A stretch of 64,000 bases of DNA from Octopus bimaculoides (Eukaryota), in contig NC_068981.1 of the NCBI RefSeq assembly GCF_001194135.2, positions 52,798,771-52,862,770 on the forward strand. Reading direction: 5' to 3'. Below, in pieces: positions 40,061 to 52,221 of the stretch. Under the pieces are notes generated by a model. The model was not told where the DNA came from. It did not search any database and saw nothing but the letters and a program-made list of their open reading frames with translations. Both the position numbers and the translations under genes were made by a program. The stretch's first letter is position 1, and every line of letters starts with the position of its first letter.

Positions 40061-40398
40061 ATCATGTTTGTATGTATGTATGCATACACACACACACACA
40101 CATATATTATCATTTTACATCTGTTCGCCATGTTAGCATGAATGGAATGGTTTGACAGGAATCAACATGTCAGAAGACTACGTATCAGAAATAATATGTT
40201 GCCCATTTTGACAATGCCTCCAAACCAGAATGGCTTGACTTTGCATAAGAGTGTGTGGATGCTAGTGAACATTGCACAATTTGAACACCTCAGTGTCTGA
40301 GACCTCATCTTGCCAGTGAATGGACAGTATTTTACAAATTCAGTTTAGGTGGAATTTAGCTAGTTCTTTTTTTCTTTTTTTTTTTTGCTTATGGTTAA

Positions 40399-40597
40399 CC
40401 CTTTAGCATTTAAACCAGTCATATCCAGCCCAATTATACTCCTTGTTTTATGTTCAAACCAGTCAGATCTGGTTTTTCATACCAACCCTACAATCGCATC
40501 ATCAAAATCTCAAAGTTACAAGGTAACACATGATTAATTTCAAATTATGTGGATGAATAAATATTACATTTGACAGAAAAATTTGAGTGCTAAAGAG
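40399..40597. mobile_element. piggyBac-like MITE
   Basis: TTAA|CCCTTTAGCATTTAAA ... TTTGAGTGCTAAAGAG|TTAA: TIRs with TTAA on both sides, about 200 bp. Confidence 0.75.
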
Positions 40598-41150
40598 TTA
40601 ACAGTCCATTTCTAATTGGCATGCTGCAAATTTGGCAGGATAATGACTCTGCAGAACTACAGTTTGGTTTGGAGTGTGTATCCTTCTTCCAGATATTCTT
40701 CTAAAGTCTACTGAATTTAAATCCTGCTATTGACTTTATTGGAAATCTTGCTATTGACATTATTGTAGATGTAGATGATTTTTGAGATAATACTGCTGAG
40801 GTATGTGAGCCTGTCAGTGGCTTCTAGAGTCTGATCTTTGATTTTGATAGCAGTCTCCATGTACATTTTGTGATAGGATGGTTGGTACATGACTTCTTTG
40901 TTCTAATGGTGAGGCTGAAGTTATTGTAAGTGAATGAGAACCTACTCATGCACTATTGCATTCTAAACTCAAAGCATCAATAACAATTTCAAGGATTGAA
41001 TGATTTCTTCTCATAAATAAAATATCAATTATAGTAGTATAGTATCATTGAGGACTCTGTCATGAGATTTAGTTGGGTTCCTGGCAGTAACTATTGTCAA
41101 TTGTTAGTAGTCTATCTTTTATCTTCAGCTGTATGCAGGCTTTGTAGAGT
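40590..41150 (-). mobile_element. RTE-like LINE RT remnant
   Basis: Degenerate RTE RT C-terminal similarity on the minus strand. Confidence 0.4.
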
Positions 41151-41463
41151 AAAATAAGGTATTTTATGCCAGAATATGAAGAAATTGAAAGTGAAAAGCA
41201 TCAATCCTCGCAAACAAACCATTATAAAATATAGATTTTAAGGAAGAAAAAAGAAACAAATTGCTTGTAACAAAATTAAGCAATTTAATATCATTTTCAG
41301 TATTCTTCCTGTCTATATTTATTTACTTATGAAATGTTTTACAGTTGCCAAGTCATTTGAAATTAATAAAATTGACTGAAAATTTCCAGAAATACATTTA
41401 ATTTATAATGTAATAAAAGTGGATTGTATGTTTAATTATGTACTAATCCCCATATCATTTCAG

Positions 41464-41627
41464 ACAAGAAAACATCCTAAATTTGTTGTTAAAGAAATGG
41501 AAAGTATGTACATAGATGAATTAAAATCAGCCATAAATCTCTTGATGGCAAACTTGGAGAGCTTACCAGTATCAAAAGGTAGTAATGAAACGAAATATTC
41601 ACTCAAAAAATTTCAAAAATATAACAG
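41464..41627 (+). CDS. CADPS: CAPS exon 3 ([39 protein letters not shown]...KYNR)
   Basis: Acceptor CATTTCAG|ACA, donor AACAG|GTAAGA. The KEME[26 protein letters not shown] motif is typical of CAPS. 164 nt, phase 0 to 2. Confidence 0.96.
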
Positions 41628-42009
41628 GTAAGACGGCTACATATATCATCATATTTGTCAATGTCATAACCACCTTATTTATCTATTTATATATGTTAAG
41701 TCTGCAGTTAATATTTCACTTAATTTATCTGTTTACTTCATATTTTAAAGGGTTCTTTGAACATCGCAACCCAACTACTATATTGCAGCATTTGGCAGTA
41801 TTTGATAAATGTCAATTAAAAATATAGTTTTCAGTATGCATTTGGTTGCAATATGATAAATGTTGCTCATTATTTATTCTTGGAGAATTTCTAATGTAGG
41901 ATTTTTTTTTTTTTTTTCTGTTTTTGTATTTAGGTTAGAAAACAAATTGAGTACACATAATTGTAAAAAAAAATCATACAATTGTTGATATGCATATGGT
42001 TAGTGTTTG

Positions 42010-42480
42010 TTAAAGGTAAAGCTGTTATAAAAGTAATGCTTTCATTTATCTTGGCTTCACAGTGACAAATGATGCTAAGCTTGGTATAGAGATTGCAAAG
42101 CGTGTAGAAAAAGCAAGCACACCTTTTAGTAAAGTCTGATAGGCTATGGAATACCCATGGTGTTTCAATTAAAACAAAAGCTTGAATTATAAACAGTTGT
42201 CCTCACCACTCTGTAATACAAAGCTGAGTTTTGGACATCTTATAGTAAACATATCAATTAACTGAATAACTTTTGCATAATGTCCCTGAAATGAATATTC
42301 AAGACCAAATGGGAAAACAAAGTGAAAAATAGTGATATTCTGTCAATGGTATTGAAACCTTCCAAATCAGGGCTTAATTGAGGTGATGTGACCTTATTTT
42401 ACAAATGAGTGATGATAAGATTCCAAAGCAAGTATTTTGAGGGCAGCTTGATATTACTCAGCAGTGAGTTGTTTGGCCAC
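42010..42480 (+). mobile_element. RTE-like LINE RT C-terminal remnant
   Basis: FIYLGFTVTNDAKLGIEIAKRVEKAS...LWNTHGVSIKTK parallels FTYLGSTLS..IDDEINTRLAKAS of the RTE at 55.9 kb. Confidence 0.7.
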
Positions 42481-43074
42481 CACTATGATATAAAGACAAA
42501 TCAAGAGATAACCTAAAATACTTGAACATGAACGTACATTATTGGGAAGATGTTGCAATCAGTCAGAGGGACAGGAGTAGCCAATGTTATATAAAACTTG
42601 CTAACTTTGAGGCACAAAGAGTTCTTTGTCATAACATGCTGCTTGAAAATAGAAAACAGAATCACCAAAATGCTTATATTTTGCAAATTATCATTGCCCT
42701 AATTCTGATTTTGCAGCCAGGTCGAATGCTGGCTTAAGTAACCATCTATAAGTCTATGCTGCTTAAAATAACATAAATTTGACATTTACCATCTGAGTCA
42801 TCTTTGCAATGCATTTGCAGGTCTAAAGATACACATGTCATAAAGTTGAATAGATAAATTTTTGCATAACTATGTTGTAAATAATAAATGAAAAATAAAT
42901 TACATTATGTTTTAATGAATGTTCTTTTTCCTTCTGCTTTGACACTTCCTCTTAGTTCAGTAATTCCTTTTTTATCTTCCAACTCCTCTCCCACCTCATC
43001 TTTTTTCTGCTATCTTTATTTTTTTCCTGGCTACTCCCTGTTCTAAGTTGAGAAAGCTTTTTCCTGTCCTGCAA

Positions 43075-43280
43075 GTTTTTGGGTGACCTCACTAGTGCTG
43101 GTAGCATAAAAAATGTACCCAATACACACTGTTGAGTTGGTTTTAGGAAGGATATCCAGCTATAGAAACCATACCAAAGCTGACATTAGAGCTTTGGCAC
43201 AGCCCTGTGGCTCTCCAGATCCTGTGAAGCCATCTAACTTATATTAACATGAAGAATGAACATTAAATGATGATAATGAA
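43075..43280 (+). mobile_element. Decayed SINE 3' half (family B-type tail)
   Basis: TTAGGAAGGATATCCAGCTATAGAAAC...ACATTAAATGATGATAATG. Confidence 0.6.
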
Positions 43281-43956
43281 ATGTGTGTGTGCACGCATGC
43301 ACACACATGCAATAGAAGCAGTATTAAGTTAAAACAACCATGTATGAAGCATACTTAATGTAAATATATCATTGTAAGGTGAGTTACTGCACTGTTTGTC
43401 CAGAGATAACACCCTGTGTTGATGTGCTGTGTTTAAAAATATAATATATGTATTGCAGTGAGGTAAAAATCATCCCACCAGCAGCTAGTGAGAACACCAA
43501 TTGCATTTTGGCCCTACTGGGGCATATCTGTGGTATGTACTCTCTGCCAGAAATATGCTTAGACAAGATTTGTTGCCTCTTATATATAGGAAACAATGAA
43601 TAAAACATTCAATGATTTTGTGAGTAGCCACCTAGTTGAATTCAAATTTGTTATATACAATAGAAGCTGTTAAATTAAGGAGTATTTTGCTTGAACTAGA
43701 TCACATATAAATATTAATAACTTATGAAGATAATGATATGAAATTTTATTATTCTATATTTTTTTGATGTATGTTATTATTTTTATTGTTGTCGCTGTTG
43801 TTTTGCAATCCTAATGCTTAGTTAGTTAATTTGCATCTTCCTGAAAATTTATATCTGTGTTGTAGAATTTAATTCCATGTGAGATTTTATGCATAATTGA
43901 GAAATTATTGTTATAACTTGGGTGATAATAACACTGATTGTTTTTGTTTATTTAAG

Positions 43957-44050
43957 GACTCACCACTCCTCAATTTCCAAGTTAGATGTATCTGAAGACA
44001 ATGAGCCTGGCCTTTCAAAACTTGATGTTGTTCTTACTTTTACTCTTGAG
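43957..44050 (+). CDS. CADPS: CAPS exon 4 (THHSSISKLDVSEDNEPGLSKLDVVLTFTLE)
   Basis: Acceptor TTTATTTAAG|G, donor GAG|GTTTGT. LSK-x-DVVL-x-F-x-LE marks the start of the C2 domain. 94 nt, completes the phase-2 codon from exon 3. Confidence 0.93.
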
Positions 44051-44186
44051 GTTTGTTCACTTTTTTTTCAATATTTTTGCTTGTTACCTCGGTAAAGAAA
44101 AGTACTTGTAATTTGTTATATATTATTTTATAAGTGGAATGTTTGAATATTTTATTATGTGGGAAGCATAATTGAATATTTTATTA

Positions 44187-45440
44187 TGTGGTTACATGAC
44201 TTTCTTTCAGAAAGTCATGTAACCACAATCCAAGTTTTCTAGCTATGACAAGATCATGCAGTTTGTGGTATATCATACCATGATCCAGTTTATCAACAGG
44301 TTTTGCAAAGTCAAGGTCTATTACATCCATATTTGAGTTGTTGAGTAACTGTCTCAACATCCAATCATAGTGCTGTAGGAACTGGGTCAGGCAGCTCCTA
44401 CCTGGTCAAAAACCATGCTGGGTATCACTCAGCAAGTTGTTTTCTTCAAGGAATGCGATTAGTTTCCCTCTGACTTTGCTGGATTAGTTTCCATGACTTT
44501 GCTGATGTGTGAAGTCAGAGAGGTAATCCTATAATTTTTGGCTTCTGCTCTGCTTCCCCTTATATGGATTGGGCATATTGTTCCCTCCTTCAGTTTTCTT
44601 GGCAGCTTGCTATTTGCAAGAAAACTCTGGAAGAGAATCTGTAGTGGTTTCGCCAGGGTATGTTTCCACAATTTGAGGAGGATTGCTGGGAAACCATCAG
44701 GGCCAGCAGTTGAGTTTGCATCCACCTCATCTATGGCTAGTATTATATCTTCTTCACCAATGTTGATATAACTGGTTATAGGTAAGGCAGCAAAGAAATC
44801 CACTGGTTCATTCACTTGTTTGTGTTCCAACACGGTGGTAAAGACACTTTTGAACCGATCCTGGTTGGGTTATCTGTGAGGGAGCCATCCTTCTGGAAGA
44901 GAGGTCCTATTTTGCAGCGTACTGAGGCTGTTTCTTTGGCATAATGAAAGAAGGCCTTTGGGTTTGACTTGATGTTTTTTATAATCCAGGCTTCTTTGTC
45001 TGCTCTCTCCTTCATAAAGGATTGTTGCAGGCTTTTTTTCAGTCTCCATCTGAGCTGTTTTTAGGCCGGGATGTTGGTTGAAGCGATTTGTAATCTTCAT
45101 TCATTGTCTCATGAGAATCTTCCTTTCCCTTGAAATTTTGTTCCTTTTTTTGTTGGCCTTGTGCTCTGGCATATGGTTTGCATAACAAACACAATATATT
45201 CTAGTTTCATGCCAATATCTGCTGTGGAGAGACATTTCGGCCAGCCCTATCTGAGGATCTCTTTTTGGATTGATTTCCAGTCTGCTTTGTGGAAGTTCAG
45301 AATGGAAAGGTTTTGGGTGCTTCTTTTAGGCTGTATGTCTCTGGCTACTTTTGGTCCATACATAGACAGCTCTATTATGTTGTGATCTGAAACTAATGTC
45401 CATATTGTTTGTGAAGCAGAGATCCAGTATGTTATTTGCA
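44187..45440 (-). mobile_element. CR1-like LINE internal fragment (endonuclease C-terminus to RT start)
   Basis: SDHNIIELS, IKNIKSNPKAFFHYAK, AGPDGFPAILLK, NYRITSLTSHISKVME, DVIDLDFAK...DHG and LWLHDFLK on the minus strand; frameshifted. Confidence 0.88.
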
Positions 45441-46159
45441 CAATTTGCTTCATGAAAAGGGCAATATCTGTATAAAAAAACAATAGTTAAGTTAGTATTA
45501 ACATATGTAAGATAAGGAATATAAAAAATCCAATTAGAAATGAAGCAGTGAGAAAAGAATTCTTAACTCAATAACTAATTACTATTTTAATAATTATACC
45601 GTGCACAAGAGATAATTCTAAGTATGTTTTGGTCTAATAATAGCAGTCATTGCACTAATGTTATATTTTCCTGACTGTGTAAAGCATTTATTAGATTTCT
45701 TGTGCTCACTGTATTAAATGTGTTAAAGTTAAGTGAATATCTTTCATGTAAAATGCAGTAAAAAGTCACCTTGAAATAATCAAACAGTAAAAAAAAAAAT
45801 AATGTTAGTGATTAGTAATATTTCAGTTATTTCACTAAGTATGGGAGGCATTACAGACATGCTTTGGTTTTAATATGATCTATCCAGTAAAACATAGATT
45901 AACTAAAGTAATATTGAAAAAATTACTAAGTATGAGATTGTTCAGTTGGTTGGTATAAACAAGAAAATTGAATTGTTTTGAGGATAATTTACTCAGAATT
46001 GCTATCCTCATATATAGAATTATAAAATGTTACAAACTGGAATTATATTATCCAAGTTACAAAGTGTGTGGTTTTGTAAAAATTATTTAAATTTACAAGT
46101 TGGACATTGTGTTAAATTACAAAGTGTCTTCCCCTAAAATTGTATTAGTCGTATTGTAA

Positions 46160-46465
46160 GTAATTAGAGTATTTGCCTCAAGCTCATAAGGTTGTGAGAT
46201 TGATTCCCAGTGGTGTAATGTGTCCCCAAGGACACTTTATTTCACATTATTCCAGTCCACTCAACTGGCAAAAATAAGTCGTACCGATAATTAAAGGGCC
46301 AGCCTTGTCACATTTTGTGTCACACGGAATTTCTCTGAGAACTACATTCAGGTTACATATGTCTGTTGAGTGCTCAACCACTTGCACGTTAATTTCATGA
46401 GCAAGCCATTCCATTGATTGGATTAAGTGGAACCCTCATCATCATAATCAACAGAGTGTCAGTTA
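46160..46465 (+). mobile_element. tRNA-derived SINE family D copy
   Basis: tRNA-like head (GGTTGTGAGATTGATTCCC), CORE-like GGACACTTTATTTCAC; 3' part matches the reverse complement of 6410-6590. Confidence 0.6.
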
Positions 46466-47469
46466 TTAGTTGTATTTTAATTATAGTTAGAGATAATGTT
46501 TGTAGAAGGTGTGAAATTATTGAAAATTGAATTTATATTGTGCTTTGAGTGAAAAAATGTCAGTTGTAATATGCAGAAATAGGTCAAGTTGTTTTTAAAA
46601 TAAATTTCTCTAAAAGTACTATATTTATAAATATTTGGTGCCAAATGCATTCTTTCAAGGCATAATAAAAATGAGCTGGTTGGTTTATGAGCACTATAAA
46701 ACTGAATGTTTCATTTGCTTACAGTGCCAAGTTACTTTAAACTGATACTCTTATCAAAAGTGAAAGATAACTCTCACCTGGTTAGAAAGCTAATATTAGC
46801 TCTATTACATCTTTACTATATTAAACGCTTCACCAAGATAATATATAAAGTCAGTGATCAAATTAAATTTATTCTTTTTTTTTTTCCAATGGCCCAAGCA
46901 AGTGTCTGCAGGTGTGTGGGTTTTACTCATAAGAAATGAATGATTGGTTGTTTAAATGACCTATTTCCTATACACACGACAATTATTTCTTCTAAGTAGG
47001 AAAATATATGACTAGTATTTATTTCACTTAGTCTACTGACGCAATAGTCAGGATTTAAACCCAAAAACATGAAGTATCAAACAAGATAATGTAAAGTTAG
47101 TCAACATTTCTGCCATATATATTATCCCGAACACTTACTACAATAAATACTATTCTTACCAGCCTATTGTATTCAGTTTTCTTAGCAGTTAAATATGTTC
47201 CATTGTTTAATGAAATGATTAAATTATTTCAAACTTACTCTCAAAAAAGGTCTGTTAAACCAGCTTTCTAAACCTATAAAATAAATTTAGTTACATAAAT
47301 TTCAACAAAGGTGGTTGCCCAGTTATATTTTGTTCTAATAATCAAAATACTTAGTTATAATAAAAAACAGTTGATTAGATTATAATTTAACATAATTGTT
47401 CCTAAATTGAATTCTATAAAGTATTCATGTTTATTGTCATAATGTAATTATAATAATTATGTTTTCTAG

Positions 47470-47591
47470 GTTCATGTAATTGAAGTTAAAAATCTCCGCT
47501 CTTTAGCTCCGAATAAAATTGTTTATTGTACGATGGAAGTTGAGGGTGGAGAAAAACTGCAAACTGACCAAGCTGAGGCCTCCAAACCTTG
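47470..47591 (+). CDS. CADPS: CAPS exon 5, C2 domain ([40 protein letters not shown])
   Basis: Acceptor TTTTCTAG|GTT, donor TG|[30 protein letters not shown] is a near-invariant CAPS motif. 122 nt, phase 0 to 2. Confidence 0.96.
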
Positions 47592-47790
47592 GTAAAGATA
47601 CTTTTGAAATTCATAACTATTTTTTGTTTTCTACAATTAATTCTAAATAATACCACTAAATAATATTTTTTACTAGACATAAAACATTTATTTGAAATGG
47701 GAAGTATGTTGTTGATTAACTTCACTCCTGTATTATTGATGTTCTGATCTTGATTCCAAAAGGATGATAGGCAAAAATCACTCCATGGAT

Positions 47791-48345
47791 TCATCATCAT
47801 CATCGTTTAATGTCCGCTTTCCATGCTAGCATGGGTTGGACGATTTGACTGAGGACTGGTGAACCAGATGGCTACACCAGGCTCCAATCTGATTTGGCAG
47901 AGTTTCTACAGCTGGATGCCCTTCCTAACGCCAACCACTCCGAGAGTGTAGTAGGTGCTTTTTACGTGCCACCGGCACGAAGGCCAGTCAGGAGGTACTG
48001 GCAATCGCCACGCTCGAAATGGTGTATTTTACGTGCCAATTGCACAGGAGCCAGTCCAGTGGTACTGGCAACGAACTCGCTTGAATGTCTTTTCACGTGC
48101 CCAAGTGCTAGGAAGGCGATGTTGGTAATGATCACGCTCAAATGGTGCTATTTATGTGCCACCGGCACGGAAGCCAGACAGCTGGTGCTCTGGCAACGAT
48201 CATGCTCGGATGGTTCTCTTAGTGATTTACTGGTACGGTGCCATTACGATTTCGCTTTCGCTTGCTCCAACAGGTCTTCGCAAGCCAAGTTTAGTGTTCA
48301 ATGAAGAGATGTTGGCATGGGTGCCAGTCTACAAATTTAGTTCGA
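47791..48345 (-). mobile_element. SINE-like family B copy, longest in the window
   Basis: (CAT)n end plus four internal ~60-67-bp subrepeats starting TTTTACGTGCC. Confidence 0.9.
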
Positions 48346-49029
48346 TTACGATTGCCTGAACAGGTCTTTGCAAAGGATTGTTTAAACATTCAAGGGATAG
48401 GCTGAAGTGTTTAAGCAACCAGTGCACTCCTAGAGATTACTTATAATCTCCACATAATTAATTAAATCAATGGCTAACTAGCGCAGTTGACCTACTTCTT
48501 CCTGTGTTTGTTTCTCCATTCTCTACATGATTATACATATATATATATTTATATATATGTATATACATATATATATATTTATATATGTGTATATACATAT
48601 ATATTTATATATTGTGTATGTGTATTTATATTATTCATACATGTATTTTCACTGAATAAAGAATGATTTAGTAACTTTATTGTCTTCCTGCTGCAATGGA
48701 GACCTCTATCACCCTATGACACCTATTTATGTCTGGAAGCATAGAGATATTTTTACCTAAGTGTCTTGGACATGACATAGTACACCATGAGTAAGAGAAT
48801 GTAAACTGCTGACTTATCAACTTGGTTATCTGATATATTTGCAATACTGGTGGCTGCTGTTATGTACTGTGTGCATGTATGTATTTATTAGAAGAAAGCA
48901 GGTCATGTAGATTTAAATTTTGCTGCATACAGTGAATCCTAAAAACTTTATCATTTCTACTTCTAAAAACCTGCAGATATGTATATGTGCTCTAGCTAAC
49001 TGGTAAATTTCCTTTTCTTTTTCTATTAG

Positions 49030-49141
49030 CTGGGATACTCAAGGTGATTTTACAACCCCACACCCCTTACCAGTTGTTAAAGTTAAATTGTATACAGAAA
49101 GCTCTAAAGTACTAAGTTTAGAAGATCGCGAATTGGGAAAA
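49030..49141 (+). CDS. CADPS: CAPS exon 6, C2 domain ([37 protein letters not shown])
   Basis: Acceptor TTCTATTAG|C, donor AAA|GTAAGT. 112 nt, phase 2 to 0, in frame with exons 5 and 7. Confidence 0.96.
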
Positions 49142-49465
49142 GTAAGTATTTCTCATACTTTCTAATTTCAATTTTATATATTTTGCTTGTGTATTGTTAT
49201 TGCAAAACAATAACCCAAATATTTAATTAATATTTAATTCATTATTATATGAATTTTGTTGCCAAGTACTCTTATGTTGAAATAAATGAAATTTTAAAAA
49301 AAGAATTTTAATTAGTAAAGTGAATTGCTCTGACATAAAAGAAATGTGTAAGTCAGTTATAAAAAAAAGAAAAAATATTGAAAGAAGAAAATAAATTTTA
49401 ATTCAAATGTAACACATTTTAAATATCAAAATATGTTTATGTATGTAAGTATGTATGCATGCATG

Positions 49466-49496
<31 letters not shown>

Positions 49497-49919
49497 ATAA
49501 GTAAGAGGGATTAATGAATCCAAGTAGATGTCTAGAAAGCATTCAGTAGTTAAGCAACCTTGCTTTACTACATCAAACAATCTGATACCAATGAATTCAA
49601 ACAGAATTATCATCTAAGGTAATTCCTTGGATATGACAAGTAAATAAAATATATGATGATGATGATAACATGAACAAGGAGATATCACATCTTTATTTGA
49701 TGATTACACCACACAGGACTGGCAATCATTTCTGTTGTGCCAGCATATTTAGATATAGAAAAAGTGATACAAAATACTGGTCAAACCAGTATATCTGAAA
49801 ATTTATGTTAACACAATGTTACCAAGGTAACCTGAAGGTAGCAGTGGCATGCAACTCAAGTCAAAAGACAAACCCTTAGCTTCAGTTTTAATCAAAGGTT
49901 AATTATGTATGTATATGGT

Positions 49920-50780
49920 AGGAGGAGTGCAGCATGCCAGAGAATAAGCCCAACATTTCCTCTGCATGTCGTAATAGACGACTAAAAGAAGTTGAGGTAG
50001 GACTTGCACACCATCCTCTTAAAACCTTCACCAGTAATGACTACTCAATCAAACTCATGAAGTTCTCTCCTCCAGGGAAATACCTTGACTGCTGATAAAA
50101 CAAGTCATATGAAACAGTTTGAGAAAAGTCACCAGGATCTCCATCCTTTAAATGGAGAAAACACTGAAGAAAAGGTTGGGTTGAAGGGTTGTTGCCTGTG
50201 TTGTGCAAATGTGTCATTCATTCAGAGTTGAAAACCTCAGTTAACTGATGGAGGCCTGTTTAGGTGAGGGCTTGGAATGTTCTCTCTTTGAGGGATGGCT
50301 CCCATCTGCCCTTGATGTTTTTGGAACTCAGCCATTTACAAGTCACTGTGGCAGCCCTATTGGAGGTGTATTGGCCAGGCAGGGGCAAAATCTCAACCGG
50401 TGGATACACCTATTACTGGTTTGAATGCTCTGATGGCTGACATGTTGGATGTAACACCTGTTAATAAGTGTATTTATGCCGCCTTTCCTTAGTTGCAGTG
50501 TATGATCCAACTACTGGACCAATCTATTCTGAATACCACAATGGCTTCAGTGCTGGTGACTGACTTGCCAGTCAGCTATGATCTGCCATCCATTGACAAG
50601 GTTTGAATATGGTAAATCAGCTAAAAAGTAGGAAGGCAGCTGGTGTTTGCAGCATCTATGTGGAGATGATCAAGAATTATCGTTCTTGTTTGTAGCAGAT
50701 CATCTACTTGTTTTGAAGCAGTAGCATTGTACCACCTGACTTAAGAAGGGCATAATTATCCCTCTCGGAAAAGTAAAAAC
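49920..50780 (+). mobile_element. Internally deleted RTE-like LINE (5' UTR motif, endonuclease and RT-start remnants)
   Basis: TGTCGTAATAGACGACTAA 5'-UTR-type hairpin; DLPSIDKV..NQLKSRKAAGVCSIYVEMIK resembles the start of RT. Confidence 0.55.
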
Positions 50781-51327
50781 TCAATAGAATAAGAAAAGAC
50801 ACTATATTCATCCTAATCTAAACCACTGGAAACAGCAAAAATGAAAAAGATAAATCAAAAGTTGAGGCAATGAAATTTGAAGTCCGAACTTTAAACCATT
50901 GTGTGATTATACTTTTTTGACAGTATTTGTTGAAGTCATGCTAGGATTAACCAAGGATATTGGTTTTGGCTAAAGCTGGACTCACAGCAGAAAAAGAAAA
51001 AAACAAAAAACAAATGATGCTATTAAATAATCATCAGAAAAACAAGTGATGTTTGAAGGAAGTCAGCCAACTGGAACATTATACTGCTGTCAGACAAAAA
51101 TAAATTGGCAGGATATGTGATAAACAAATAGCATTTACAGATAATTAACCAGTCAGAGTACTGGACTACTTTTGGGTGGAATTAAGAAACTAGAACATGA
51201 TAAATAAATGAAATACTCAGGCAATCAGCCAATCAGAATGCTAGACCACATGCAGACAAAAACAAGTGTAGTATTTGAATAAAAAGCCAATCAGGACTTG
51301 AACTGGCATCTTAAAACCTACATTTAT

Positions 51328-51413
<86 letters not shown>

Positions 51414-51415
<2 letters not shown>

Positions 51416-51757
51416 TCATCATCATCGTTGAACATCCGCTTTCCATGCTAGCATGGGTTGGACGATTTGACTGAGGACTGGTGAACCAGGTGGTTACACC
51501 AGGCTCCAATCTGATTTGGCAGAGTTTCTACAGCTGGATGCCCTTCCTAACGCCAACCACTCAGAGAGTGTAGTGGGTACTTTTATGTGTCACCGGCACA
51601 AAGGCCAGTCAGGAGGTACTGGCAACGTCCATGCTCAAAATGGTGTCTTTTACGTGCCACCTACACGGGAGCCAGTCCAGCGGCACTGGCAACGATCTCG
51701 CTCGAATGTCCTTACACGTGCCACCGGCACAAGTGCCAGAGCACCGGTGCCATCATG
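51414..51757 (-). mobile_element. SINE-like family B copy (left member of an inverted pair)
   Basis: Same family sequence; ends at N-gap 51758-51833. Confidence 0.9.
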
Positions 51758-51833
51758 NNNNNNNNNNNNNNNNNNNNNNNNNNNNNNNNNNNNNNNNNNN
51801 NNNNNNNNNNNNNNNNNNNNNNNNNNNNNNNNN

Positions 51834-52065
51834 CACATAAAAGACACCATTTCGAGCGTGGCCATTGCCAGTATCGCCTGACTGGCCTTTGTGCAGGTGA
51901 CACGTAAAAGCACCTACTACACTCTCTGAGTGGTTGGCGTTAGGAAGGGCATCCAGCTGTAGAAACTCTGCCAAATTTAGATTGGAGCCTGGTGTTGCCA
52001 TCCGGTTTCACCAGTCCTCAGTCAAGTCGTCCAACCCATGCTAGCATGGAAAGCGGACGTTAAAC

Positions 52066-52099
<34 letters not shown>
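51834..52099 (+). mobile_element. SINE-like family B copy (right member of an inverted pair)
   Basis: Same family, opposite orientation, long (GAT)n tail. It differs from the left copy at many positions. Confidence 0.9.
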
Positions 52100-52101
<2 letters not shown>

Positions 52102-52221
52102 ATATATATATAGTTCAAAGATGGGAATCTGATATTCTCCATACAGAATACACTTAATAGTGCTCATGAGGTTTACACTTGAGCAGGCAGAGGAATAAAA
52201 TGTAAGGACAAGCAAGTTAGG

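Noticed and set aside
47955-48210. Repeat-spacer-like array resembling CRISPR
   Set aside because: Units are degenerate tandem copies inside a dispersed eukaryotic SINE, with no unique spacers and no cas genes.
49927-49995. Possible HDV-like ribozyme at the 5' end of the RTE remnant (GTGCAG/CTGCAT, TCGT/ACGA, CTAA)
   Set aside because: P1-, P4- and J4/2-like parts are suggestive, but I could not build P2 or P3; unsupported without a descriptor search.
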